Part shown: positions 1-9,169 of the stretch, in pieces
How the letters are laid out: each line of letters starts with the position of its first letter
How positions within the stretch are numbered: position 1 is the first letter of the stretch
From: Shigella phage ESh17
Direction: 5' to 3' (one strand)
Length of the DNA: 64,000 bases
Sequence record: ON528727
Notes under the pieces: generated by a model
Database searches by the model: none
What the model saw: the letters and a program-made list of their open reading frames with translations, nothing else
Told to the model about the DNA's origin: nothing
Program-made: the position numbers and the translations under genes

Positions 1-2122
1 ATGGTGTAGAGATACGAGTATCGTCGACGCCTGCGTCGAATTCAACTTGTGTAGCAATTTCAGCTATACCACTTAAACTTTCAGTTGCTCTACGGTCATT
101 TAAAGTTTTAGGAGTGACTGCACGAGTATAATCAGTTCCTGCATTAACTTCACTTTGCGTAGCAATTTCAATTAAACCAATTCTTCCATCAGTTGATGTC
201 TTTTTATGTAACGTTTCTGGCGTTACAACCGCATTTGCCCATCCTTCTTGGCTTTGTCCAGCAATTACTTCGCTTTCAACTGCTAAAATTACTGCACCTT
301 GTTGTGTTGGAGTAGCTTTATACTGATCCAGAGCTTTAGGCGAAACAACTAAATTATTAGTGTTTTTATTATAAACGTTTGTACCATTTAATTCACGACT
401 AGAAGCTGGAGTAGCTCCTGCGGTAGATACAAAGGTTACAATACCAGATAATGATTCAGAACCCTGACGAGCTTGAAGCTTTTTAGGAGTGATGATTGTA
501 GTATCATCAGTACCTGCATTAGTTTCCTGTTGCGTAGCAATTTCAGCAACACCTCTGCGAGTTTCTGTAGCAGTTCTTTCATTCAGCTTTTTAGGAGTGA
601 TGATAATATCATCAGCAAAAGAGAATGTGGTGTTCTGATTCACTTGAGCAGTTGTTGCTATTCTTGCGATACCTCTACGAGTTTCTGTAGCAGTACGGTT
701 AGCTAATGTTTCTGGAGTAATTGCTAATTCTTTTTGTGGAGAATTTTCTAAATCGGCATTAGCTTGAGCTTGTGTAGCTAAAGCAATTACGCCTAATCTT
801 GCTCTAGTAGAATCATTCAAAGAGTCTACTCTTTCTACGGTTGGAACGTTTTGTTGTACAACCCAGTATTTTCCATCAGAATCTTCTATATAAGCAAGTT
901 GTAAAACTGGAACATAATTAGTTTCACCGTTAAAAACTAATTCTTGAACAGTTACCCATTTAGTTTCAGGCGGATATTCTGAACGTTTTGGGAATTGCAG
1001 CAATTGAACTGAAGAAGCAATTTTATCTTCACCGGCAGCTTTGATTTTAACTGTTTGTCCTTTTCTCATGTAATTCATGGAAATTTTAACAGTATCACCA
1101 ACGGAGATATTAGTAGGAAGCTGAAGCTCAATTGTTTGAGTTGTTCCGTTATTCGCACCAAATACCATAACTTCTTCGTTTGGACGAATATTAGAATTAG
1201 TCGTTATAATGCGTAAACGTGCTTTACTATCCCCGTCAAACAATCTCCACAATTTCTCATTATCATCAAACATCAAGAAACCGTCAATCGATGTACGGCC
1301 TTCAATGGAATGAGTTCCAACTTCTTGCACTGAAGTCGTTTCATCGTATGTAGTAACAATTGTATGATAAAGTGGATTCAGTTTATCTAAATCAACGAAA
1401 TTAATAATATCGCCATGATTAGCAAATCTCGGAAGTTTAATATTTATCGGTGCAGCAGAAGTAAATCTACGTACGATAAAATCGTTGGATTGCGCTTGAT
1501 AAGTATTCGCTGGTGTTACAACTACAGCTTCTCTGCTATAATCAGCTACATACATTTGCCACAGACGATTACTAAAAATTAAAACTAACTGTGACTTTGG
1601 ATGAGTCATTAGTACTGAACGTACTTGCTCGCCTCTGAAGTTTACAATACTTTGCACTGGAGCTACAATTAAAACTTGGTTAACTCCAGGTTTTCCTCCA
1701 ATGTCTTGGAGAACGATAGTATCACCGTCAATTGGAGTAGATGGTAAAGTAAATGTAATATCATTACCAGCTGCAGTGTTAACCGAAATAGCTTCACCGG
1801 ATTTTAATTGATATGAACCAGATGAGACTGTAATCCAGTTAGCATCGGTACGTAATGCTCTCCAGCGTCCACTATTAAAAGCTCCTGCCGGTTTTGGAAT
1901 ATCATTTATAGCAGCCCAAAAGCGGTTATCATAAATGATTACAAAATCTTTTAAATATCCACGAGTTGGATCGTATTGTTGAACTGTGTTTTCTTGAATT
2001 AGGTAATCAACGTTAACACCGTCAGTTCCTACGGCACGATCAGCTAAAGCTACGTTGATTATTTTATCGCCACCTGCGTCCAGACCATCTTCTGCTCTGA
2101 ACTTTCTTTTAATCTCGGCCAT
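1..2122 (-). CDS. 34: Long tail fiber proximal subunit gp34, N-terminal part (gene runs off window start)
   Basis: Minus-strand ATG (complement of 2120-2122) translates MAEIKRKFRAEDGLDAGGDKIINVALADR, matching T4 gp34 N-terminus; not in ORF track because it has no in-window stop; internal repeats. Confidence 0.85.
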   Translation of the reverse strand, partial: MAEIKRKFRAEDGLDAGGDKIINVALADRAVGTDGVNVDYLIQENTVQQYDPTRGYLKDFVIIYDNRFWAAINDIPKPAGAFNSGRWRALRTDANWITVSSGSYQLKSGEAISVNTAAGNDITFTLPSTPIDGDTIVLQDIGGKPGVNQVLIVAPVQSIVNFRGEQVRSVLMTHPKSQLVLIFSNRLWQMYVADYSREAVVVTPANTYQAQSNDFIVRRFTSAAPINIKLPRFANHGDIINFVDLDKLNPLYHTIVTTYDETTSVQEVGTHSIEGRTSIDGFLMFDDNEKLWRLFDGDSKARLRIITTNSNIRPNEEVMVFGANNGTTQTIELQLPTNISVGDTVKISMNYMRKGQTVKIKAAGEDKIASSVQLLQFPKRSEYPPETKWVTVQELVFNGETNYVPVLQLAYIEDSDGKYWVVQQNVPTVERVDSLNDSTRARLGVIALATQAQANADLENSPQKELAITPETLANRTATETRRGIARIATTAQVNQNTTFSFADDIIITPKKLNERTATETRRGVAEIATQQETNAGTDDTTIITPKKLQARQGSESLSGIVTFVSTAGATPASSRELNGTNVYNKNTNNLVVSPKALDQYKATPTQQGAVILAVESEVIAGQSQEGWANAVVTPETLHKKTSTDGRIGLIEIATQSEVNAGTDYTRAVTPKTLNDRRATESLSGIAEIATQVEFDAGVDDTRISTP

Positions 2123-2156
2123 TCTCCCGGGCTCCTATTGTGTTTTCAATAATAAG

Positions 2157-2164
2157 TATTTATA
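2157..2164 (-). promoter_or_regulatory. Late promoter TATAAATA for gene 34
   Basis: TATTTATA on plus strand about 35 bp upstream of gene 34 start. Confidence 0.65.
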
Positions 2165-2167
2165 CTT

Positions 2168-2197
2168 GTTTACTTTAAGATTCGGATGGTATATAAT
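2168..2197 (+). promoter_or_regulatory. Early-type promoter (GTTTAC -35, TATAAT -10) for rnh
   Basis: GTTTAC then about 18 nt then TATATAAT; divergent from gene 34 late promoter. Confidence 0.5.
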
Positions 2198-2226
2198 AAA
2201 AATCTCACTAATTGAACGAGGTTCAT

Positions 2227-3144
2227 ATGGATTTAGAAATGATGCTGGATGAAGATTACAAAGAAGGAATCTGCTTAATTGACTTTAGTCAAATTGCGCT
2301 TTCAACTGCTTTGGTAAACTTTCCAGATAAAGAAAAAATTAATTTATCAATGGTTCGTCATTTGATATTGAACTCAATTAAGTTTAATGTCAAAAAAGCA
2401 AAAACTCTTGGATACACTAAAATTATATTGTGTATTGATAACGCGAAATCTGGATACTGGCGTCGTGATTTTGCTTATTATTATAAGAAAAACCGTGGAA
2501 AAGCACGAGAAGAATCTACTTGGGACTGGGAAGGTTATTTTGAATCCAGTCATAAAGTTATAGATGAATTGAAAGCTTATATGCCATACATTGTTATGGA
2601 TATTGATAAGTATGAAGCAGATGACCACATTGCTGTTCTTGTTAAAAAGTTCTCTTTAGAAGGACATAAGATTTTAATCATTTCGTCGGATGGTGACTTT
2701 ACACAGCTTCACAAATACCCAAATGTTAAGCAATGGTCACCGATGCACAAGAAATGGGTTAAAATTAAAAGCGGTTCTGCTGAAATTGACTGTATGACTA
2801 AAATCCTTAAAGGCGACAAAAAGGATAACGTTGCTTCAGTTAAAGTACGATCTGACTTTTGGTTTACCAGAGTTGAAGGTGAACGAACTCCTTCAATGAA
2901 AACTTCAATCGTTGAAGCTATTGCTAATGACCGTGAGCAAGCTAAGGTGCTTCTCACAGAATCTGAATATAATCGTTATAAAGAAAATTTAGTTCTAATT
3001 GATTTTGATTATATTCCTGATAATATTGCTTCAAACATTGTGAATTACTATAATTCATATAAATTACCACCTCGTGGCAAAATTTATTCATATTTTGTAA
3101 AAGCGGGTCTTTCTAAATTAACTAATAGCATTAATGAATTTTGA
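2227..3144 (+). CDS. rnh: RNase H (5'-3' exonuclease/flap endonuclease)
   Basis: Protein MDLEMMLDEDYKEGICLIDF... matches T4 RNase H; start moved from track TTG 2212 to first ATG after GAGG. Confidence 0.95.
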   Translation: MDLEMMLDEDYKEGICLIDFSQIALSTALVNFPDKEKINLSMVRHLILNSIKFNVKKAKTLGYTKIILCIDNAKSGYWRRDFAYYYKKNRGKAREESTWDWEGYFESSHKVIDELKAYMPYIVMDIDKYEADDHIAVLVKKFSLEGHKILIISSDGDFTQLHKYPNVKQWSPMHKKWVKIKSGSAEIDCMTKILKGDKKDNVASVKVRSDFWFTRVEGERTPSMKTSIVEAIANDREQAKVLLTESEYNRYKENLVLIDFDYIPDNIASNIVNYYNSYKLPPRGKIYSYFVKAGLSKLTNSINEF

Positions 3145-3152
3145 GGTGAATA

Positions 3153-3422
3153 ATGGCTAAAAAAGAAATGGTTGAATTTGATGAAGCTATCCATGGCGAA
3201 GACTTGGCTAAATTTATTAAAGAAGCATCTGATCATAAACTGAAAATTTCCGGTTATAATGAACTGATTAAAGATATTCGAATTCGTGCCAAAGATGAAC
3301 TTGGCGTTGATGGTAAGATGTTTAATCGTCTGTTAGCTTTGTATCATAAAGATAACCGTGATGTGTTTGAAGCTGAAACTGAAGAGGTAGTTGAACTTTA
3401 TGACACAGTTTTCTCTAAATGA
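3153..3422 (+). CDS. dsbA: dsDNA-binding protein DsbA (late transcription enhancer)
   Basis: 89 aa ORF, SD GAGGTG, position between rnh and 33 as in T4. Confidence 0.85.
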   Translation: MAKKEMVEFDEAIHGEDLAKFIKEASDHKLKISGYNELIKDIRIRAKDELGVDGKMFNRLLALYHKDNRDVFEAETEEVVELYDTVFSK

Positions 3423-3738
3423 TATTCGTCCGGTCGATGAGACCGGTCTTTCAGAAAAAGAACTTTCAATTAAGAAAGAAAAGGATGAAATTGCAAAGCT
3501 TCTTGACCGCCAAGAAAATGGATTTATTATTGAAAAAATGGTAGAAGAGTTTGGAATGAGTTATCTTGAAGCTACAACAGCATTCTTAGAAGAAAATTCT
3601 ATTCCTGAAACTCAATTTGCTAAATTTATTCCTTCGGGTATAATTGAAAAAATTCAGTCAGAAGCTATTGACGAAAATCTTTTACGTCCTTCTGTTGTTC
3701 GTTGTGAAAAAACTAATACATTAGATTTTCTATTATGA
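3400..3738 (+). CDS. 33: Late transcription coactivator gp33
   Basis: 112 aa from first ATG (track starts at TTG 3391); MTQFSLNDIRPVDETG; overlaps dsbA end as in T4. Confidence 0.88.
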   Translation: MTQFSLNDIRPVDETGLSEKELSIKKEKDEIAKLLDRQENGFIIEKMVEEFGMSYLEATTAFLEENSIPETQFAKFIPSGIIEKIQSEAIDENLLRPSVVRCEKTNTLDFLL

Positions 3739-4388
3739 TTAAACTCCGCATGCCTGCTGGTGGTGAAAGATATATTGATGGTAAATCAGTTTATAAATTA
3801 TACTTAATGATAAAACAACATATGAATGGAAAGTATGATGTAATTAAGTATAATTGGTGCATGCGGGTGTCTGATGCCGCTTATCAAAAGCGAAGGGATA
3901 AGTATTTTTTCCAGAAGTTATCAGAAAAATATAAATTAAAGGAACTTGCTTTAATCTTTATAAGCAATCTGGTTGCTAACCAAGATGCTTGGATTGGTGA
4001 CATCTCTGACGCTGATGCACTTGTGTTTTATCGTGAATATATCGGACGCTTAAAGCAAATTAAATTTAAGTTTGAAGAAGATATTCGCAATATTTACTAT
4101 TTTAGTAAAAAAGTTGAAGTTTCTGCTTTTAAAGAAATCTTTGAGTATAATCCAAAAGTTCAATCAAGTTATATTTTTAAACTACTTCAATCGAATATAA
4201 TTTCGTTTGAGACGTTTATCTTGCTTGATTCGTTTTTAAATATAATCGATAAACATGATGAACAGACTGATAATTTAGTCTGGAATAATTATTCTATAAA
4301 GTTAAAGGCTTATAGAAAAATTTTAAATATTGATTCACAGAAAGCTAAAAGTGTTTTTATTGAAACTGTGAAATCTTGTAAGTATTAA
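3735..4388 (+). CDS. 59: Helicase loader gp59
   Basis: 217 aa MIKLRMPAGGERYIDGKSVYKLY..., ATGA overlap with 33. Confidence 0.93.
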   Translation: MIKLRMPAGGERYIDGKSVYKLYLMIKQHMNGKYDVIKYNWCMRVSDAAYQKRRDKYFFQKLSEKYKLKELALIFISNLVANQDAWIGDISDADALVFYREYIGRLKQIKFKFEEDIRNIYYFSKKVEVSAFKEIFEYNPKVQSSYIFKLLQSNIISFETFILLDSFLNIIDKHDEQTDNLVWNNYSIKLKAYRKILNIDSQKAKSVFIETVKSCKY

Positions 4389-4396
4389 TTGCTTAT

Positions 4397-4404
4397 TATA
4401 AATA
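4397..4404 (+). promoter_or_regulatory. Late promoter TATAAATA upstream of gene 32
   Basis: TATAAATA immediately after gene 59 stop, adjacent to a TTGCTTAT MotA-like box. Confidence 0.5.
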
Positions 4405-4421
4405 GATTATAATTATCTCAC

Positions 4422-4487
4422 TGACCAGCTATGAGGTCATACATCGTCATAGCACCAACTGTTAATTAAATTAAAAAGGAAATAAAA
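4422..4487 (+). promoter_or_regulatory. 32: Gene 32 translational operator: leader pseudoknot plus A/U-rich gp32 binding region
   Basis: Interleaved stems TGACC...CTATGA...GGTCA...TCATAG (4422-4452) then TTAATTAAATTAAAAAGGAAATAAAA before the ATG. Confidence 0.7.
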
Positions 4488-5396
4488 ATGTTTAAACGTA
4501 AATCTACTGCTGAACTCGCTGCACAAATGGCTAAACTGGCTGGAAATAAAGGTGGTTTTTCTTCTGAAGATAAAGGCGAGTGGAAACTGAAACTCGACAA
4601 TGCGGGTAACGGTCAAGCAGTAATTCGTTTTCTTCCGTCTAAAAATGATGAACAAGCACCATTCGCAATTCTTGTAAATCACGGTTTCAAGAAAAACGGT
4701 AAATGGTATATTGAAAACTGTTCATCTACCCACGGTGATTACGATTCTTGTCCAGTATGTCAGTACATCAATAAAAATGATTTGTACAACACTGACAATA
4801 AAGAATACGGTCTTGTTAAACGTAAAACTTCTTACTGGGCTAACATTCTTGTTGTAAAAGACCCAGCTGCTCCAGAAAATGAAGGTAAAGTATTTAAATA
4901 CCGTTTCGGTAAGAAAATCTGGGATAAAATCAATGCAATGATTGCAGTTGATGTTGAAATGGGTGAAACTCCGGTTGATGTAACTTGTCCGTGGGAAGGT
5001 GCTAACTTTGTACTGAAAGTTAAACAAGTTTCTGGTTTTAGTAACTACGACGAATCTAAATTCCTGAATCAATCTGCGATTCCAAACATTGATGATGAAT
5101 CTTTCCAGAAAGAACTGTTCGAACAAATGGTTGACCTTTCTGAAATGACTTCTAAAGATAAATTCAAATCGTTTGAAGAACTGAGCACTAAGTTCAGTCA
5201 AGTTATGGGAACTGCTGCTATGGGTGGTGCCGCAGCAACTGCTGCTAAGAAAGCCGATAAAGTTGCTGATGATTTGGATGCATTTAATGTTGATGACTTC
5301 AAAACAAAAACTGAAGATGATTTTATGAGCTCAAGCTCTGGCAGTTCATCTAGTGCTGATGACACGGACCTGGATGACCTTTTGAATGACCTTTAA
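4488..5396 (+). CDS. 32: Single-stranded DNA-binding protein gp32
   Basis: [24 protein letters not shown]..., acidic Ser/Asp-rich C-terminus, upstream pseudoknot leader. Confidence 0.97.
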   Translation: MFKRKSTAELAAQMAKLAGNKGGFSSEDKGEWKLKLDNAGNGQAVIRFLPSKNDEQAPFAILVNHGFKKNGKWYIENCSSTHGDYDSCPVCQYINKNDLYNTDNKEYGLVKRKTSYWANILVVKDPAAPENEGKVFKYRFGKKIWDKINAMIAVDVEMGETPVDVTCPWEGANFVLKVKQVSGFSNYDESKFLNQSAIPNIDDESFQKELFEQMVDLSEMTSKDKFKSFEELSTKFSQVMGTAAMGGAAATAAKKADKVADDLDAFNVDDFKTKTEDDFMSSSSGSSSSADDTDLDDLLNDL

Positions 5397-5418
5397 TAGA
5401 TTATATTACTAATTAATT

Positions 5419-5444
5419 GGGGACCTCTAGGGTCCCCTTTTTTA
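5419..5444 (+). terminator. Intrinsic terminator after gene 32
   Basis: GGGGACC-tctag-GGTCCCC followed by TTTTTTT. Confidence 0.75.
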
Positions 5445-5468
5445 TTTCAAAAATTTTTTCACAAAACG

Positions 5469-5498
5469 GTTTACATCCTTGTCCTTCCATGGTACTAT
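5469..5498 (+). promoter_or_regulatory. Early promoter
   Basis: GGTTTACA, 18 nt, TACTAT. Confidence 0.5.
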
Positions 5499-5541
5499 AC
5501 AACTATCGGCAATACTGCTGATGATTAAAGAGGAAAATAAT

Positions 5542-5769
5542 ATGGCTAAAGTTGATATTGACATCGTTGATTTTGAATATATCGAAGAAATTATTCGTAA
5601 TCGTTATCCTGAACTTAGTATCACAAGCGTGCAAGATTCTAAGTTTTGGAGTATTCAAATCGTTATTGAAGGTCCTCTTGAAGACCTCACCCGCTTTATG
5701 GCTAATGAGTATTGTGATGGTATGGATTCTGAAGACGCAGAATTTTACATGGGACTGATTGAACAATAA
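5542..5769 (+). CDS. Hypothetical early protein (frd.3 position)
   Basis: ORF with SD AAGAGG 9 nt before ATG 5542; track ORF starts at TTG 5479 upstream of the likely transcript start. Confidence 0.5.
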   Translation: MAKVDIDIVDFEYIEEIIRNRYPELSITSVQDSKFWSIQIVIEGPLEDLTRFMANEYCDGMDSEDAEFYMGLIEQ

Positions 5770-5776
5770 TTATCAA

Positions 5777-5798
5777 GGGGCTATTTGATAGCCCCGTT
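5777..5798 (+). terminator. Hairpin after frd.3-position ORF
   Basis: GGGGCTAT-ttga-TAGCCCC then GTT. Confidence 0.5.
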
Positions 5799-5815
5799 AA
5801 ACTGAGGAAATCAAA

Positions 5816-6202
5816 ATGGAAGTTGGAAAAACTTATATCATTAACCCTTTATTTAAAAATGACTTTGCTAACGAGTGCCGTTGCAATGTAATGATGCTAA
5901 ATTTAATAGAGAAGCACGGACCTAGTTTTGTTGTAGATGAAATGGAAAGTGATGATTGTGCTGGTGAATGTGTGGTACGTGTAACTATGGAAGATGGCAC
6001 TAAATACATGGCGGGTGGCCCACTTGAGACGTATTTTGAGATTTACTCTGAAGAATTCAAATACTTTACTGAGGTAACTTTAGAAAAGCCTCAATCCGCT
6101 AATGAAGGTATAGTTTCTGGCGTAACAAAAATTCACTGCATTGTTGACGAAAACAATGTAGATGAAATCATTGAACTTTTGCGAAAAACTTTCAAAAAGT
6201 AG
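5816..6202 (+). CDS. Hypothetical early protein, Cys-rich (frd.x position)
   Basis: 128 aa ORF, SD GAGGA, follows terminator hairpin. Confidence 0.6.
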   Translation: MEVGKTYIINPLFKNDFANECRCNVMMLNLIEKHGPSFVVDEMESDDCAGECVVRVTMEDGTKYMAGGPLETYFEIYSEEFKYFTEVTLEKPQSANEGIVSGVTKIHCIVDENNVDEIIELLRKTFKK

Positions 6203-6231
6203 TTTACAACAGGGTAGTAGTGTGATACTAT
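6202..6231 (+). promoter_or_regulatory. Early promoter with dyad symmetry AGGGTA/TACCCT around the -10
   Basis: GTTTACA, spacer, TACTAT; inverted repeat 6211-6216/6232-6237. Confidence 0.5.
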
Positions 6232-6259
6232 TACCCTATCAACTACTGAGGAGAATAAA

Positions 6260-6502
6260 ATGAGATTACAACGCCAGAGCATCAAAGATTCAGAAGTTAG
6301 AGGTAAATGGTATTTTAATATCATCGGTAAAGATTCTGATCTCGTTGAAAAAGCTGAACATCTTTTACGTGACATGGGATGGGAAGATGAATGCGATGGA
6401 TGTCCTCTTTATGAAGACGGAGAAAGCGCAGGATTTTGGATTTACCATTCTGACGTCGAGCAGTTTAAAGCTGATTGGAAAATTGTGAAAAAGTCTGTTT
6501 GA
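6260..6502 (+). CDS. Hypothetical early protein
   Basis: 80 aa ORF with SD GAGGAG, own early promoter upstream. Confidence 0.6.
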   Translation: MRLQRQSIKDSEVRGKWYFNIIGKDSDLVEKAEHLLRDMGWEDECDGCPLYEDGESAGFWIYHSDVEQFKADWKIVKKSV

Positions 6503-6511
6503 GGAAATATA

Positions 6512-7332
<821 letters not shown>

Positions 7333-7334
7333 AA

Positions 7335-7744
7335 TAACGCGTGGCGGAAAATATGAATTTTAATTATTACCCTATTCTATTAGAAAAAGACGCGAAACAG
7401 CCAAAGTGGCAGGGTCCTCAGTTTATTAAAGGTGTCTATCAATTAGTAGTTCCTAAAGACAAGATTTATAGCAGTTGTTTCACTGAATCCGCTTGCAGTA
7501 TTTTCGGTAATAGTTCTCCGTATTGGAATTTTGACATAAAGCTGGATAGAAATATCGATATTTGGTTGAAAGCTATGGATATTGGTAATATTACGTTTGA
7601 TGAGAATAATTATCATATTATTGGTCGCTTTTCCAAACGCGGTAAAGAATTATATTTCACGCCTGAAATTGAGAGAAAATTTGATGCTAAACCGTATTGA
7701 TTATTAGCTTCATAAAATGTATTATAATTTATATAAGGTACTAA
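7335..7744 (+). other. Inserted segment between frd stop and td start, flanked by 8 bp direct repeat AAATGAAA
   Basis: frd TGA is overlapped by ATG AAA TAA (td start remnant) at 7329-7337; identical ATG AAA begins intact td at 7745. Confidence 0.6.
7353..7700 (+). CDS. Hypothetical protein encoded on an insertion at the frd/td junction
   Basis: 115 aa from first ATG (track starts at GTG 7341); no recognisable motif; flanked by duplicated AAATGAAA. Confidence 0.55.
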   Translation: MNFNYYPILLEKDAKQPKWQGPQFIKGVYQLVVPKDKIYSSCFTESACSIFGNSSPYWNFDIKLDRNIDIWLKAMDIGNITFDENNYHIIGRFSKRGKELYFTPEIERKFDAKPY

Positions 7745-8605
7745 ATGAAACAATACCAAGATTTAATTAAAGACATTTTTGAAAATGGTTATGAAACCGA
7801 TGACCGAACAGGCACAGGAACAATTGCTTTGTTCGGTACTAAATTACGCTGGGATTTAACTAAAGGTTTTCCTGCAGTAACAACTAAGAAGCTCGCCTGG
7901 AATGCATGTATTGCTGAGCTTCTATGGTTTATTTCCGGTTCTACCAATGTTAATGATTTACGTCTTCGCACTCATGGTAGTCTTATTCAAGGTAAAACTA
8001 TTTGGGACGATAACTATGAAAACCAGGCTAAAGACCTAGGATATCATAGTGGTGAACTTGGTCCAATTTATGGAAAACAGTGGCGTGATTTTGGCGGTGT
8101 AGACCAAATTATAGAAGTTATTGATCGTATTAAAAAACTGCCAAATGATAGGCGTCAAATTGTTTCTGCATGGAATCCAGCTGAACTTAAATATATGGCA
8201 TTACCGCCTTGTCATATGTTCTATCAATTTAATGTTCGTAACGGATACCTTGACCTCCAGTGGTATCAACGTTCGGTAGATGTTTTCCTCGGTCTTCCAT
8301 TTAATATTGCATCATATGCTACGTTAGTTCATATTGTAGCTAAGATGTGTAATCTTATTCCGGGAGATTTGATATTTTCTGGCGGTAATACTCATATCTA
8401 TATGAATCACGTAGAACAATGTAAAGAAATTTTACGTCGTGAACCTATGGATTTATGCGAATTGCAATTAAAATTTCCAGATGAATTTGATGAATGGGAC
8501 ACAGAGTCGCAGGTATTTTGGTTGAGTCAATTCGCAAAGCCGCATAATTTTGTTCTTAACAACTATGAATCACACCCTCCTATTAAAGGAAAGATGGCGG
8601 TGTAA
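7745..8605 (+). CDS. td: Thymidylate synthase (uninterrupted, no intron)
   Basis: 286 aa [26 protein letters not shown]... with PCH active-site motif; continuous ORF. Confidence 0.97.
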
Positions 8606-8625
8606 TTTTATTATTGCGAGGATAT

Positions 8626-8889
8626 ATGATTTTACGATTTAAAGATACTTCTGGCGTTGTTCTTTTTACACTTCCTAACCCAAGCGAGTTAGAAGTTCCA
8701 GGACCAGAACAGCCTATTACCATTTATGGTAAAAAATACTATACTCATAAAATGACTCGTGAGTATTTTGATAATAAAATTTCCACAGTTAAAACTTCTT
8801 CCGATTGTTACTATGATATTACTGTATTAACGGAAAAACAATATGACGAATTATTCCAGCGTGGGCCGTCTATGCCGGGTAGTGAATAA
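8626..8889 (+). CDS. Hypothetical protein (nrdA.2 position)
   Basis: ORF from first ATG after GAGG (track TTG 8614). Confidence 0.5.
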
Positions 8890-9169
8890 ATACAAATCCG
8901 ACTTTGATGTTAATATTCACCGTGGTACATTTTGGGGAAATTACGTCGGTAAAGATGCTGGCAGCCGGGAGGCTGCCATTGAATTATTCAAAAAAGATTT
9001 TATACGTCGAATTAAATCCGGAGAAATAACTAAAGCACATTTAGAGCCTTTACGTGGAATGAGGCTAGGATGCACATGTAAACCAAAGCCGTGTCATGGT
9101 GATATAATAGCTCATATAGTTAACCGATTGTTTAAAGACGATTTTCAAGTTGAGGACTTATGCAATTAA
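8843..9169 (+). CDS. Hypothetical protein with CxC...CHG cluster (nrdA.1 position)
   Basis: 108 aa ORF overlapping previous ORF by 47 nt; alternative GTG start at 8882. Confidence 0.5.

Noticed and set aside
473-706. 77-aa plus-strand ORF
   Set aside because: Lies antisense within the gene 34 coding region; Ser/Cys-rich low-complexity translation, no SD; shadow ORF.
1-2122. Repeated DNA motifs in the first 2 kb (tgcgtagcaatttca, ctttttaggagtgatgat)
   Set aside because: They correspond to the repeated peptide units of gp34 and are coding repeats, not a CRISPR array or mobile element.
4722-5201. 159-aa minus-strand ORF
   Set aside because: Embedded antisense in gene 32; no start signals.
7745-8605. 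Looked for a group I intron and I-TevI ORF in td
   Set aside because: td reads through as one uninterrupted 286-aa ORF; no intron present.
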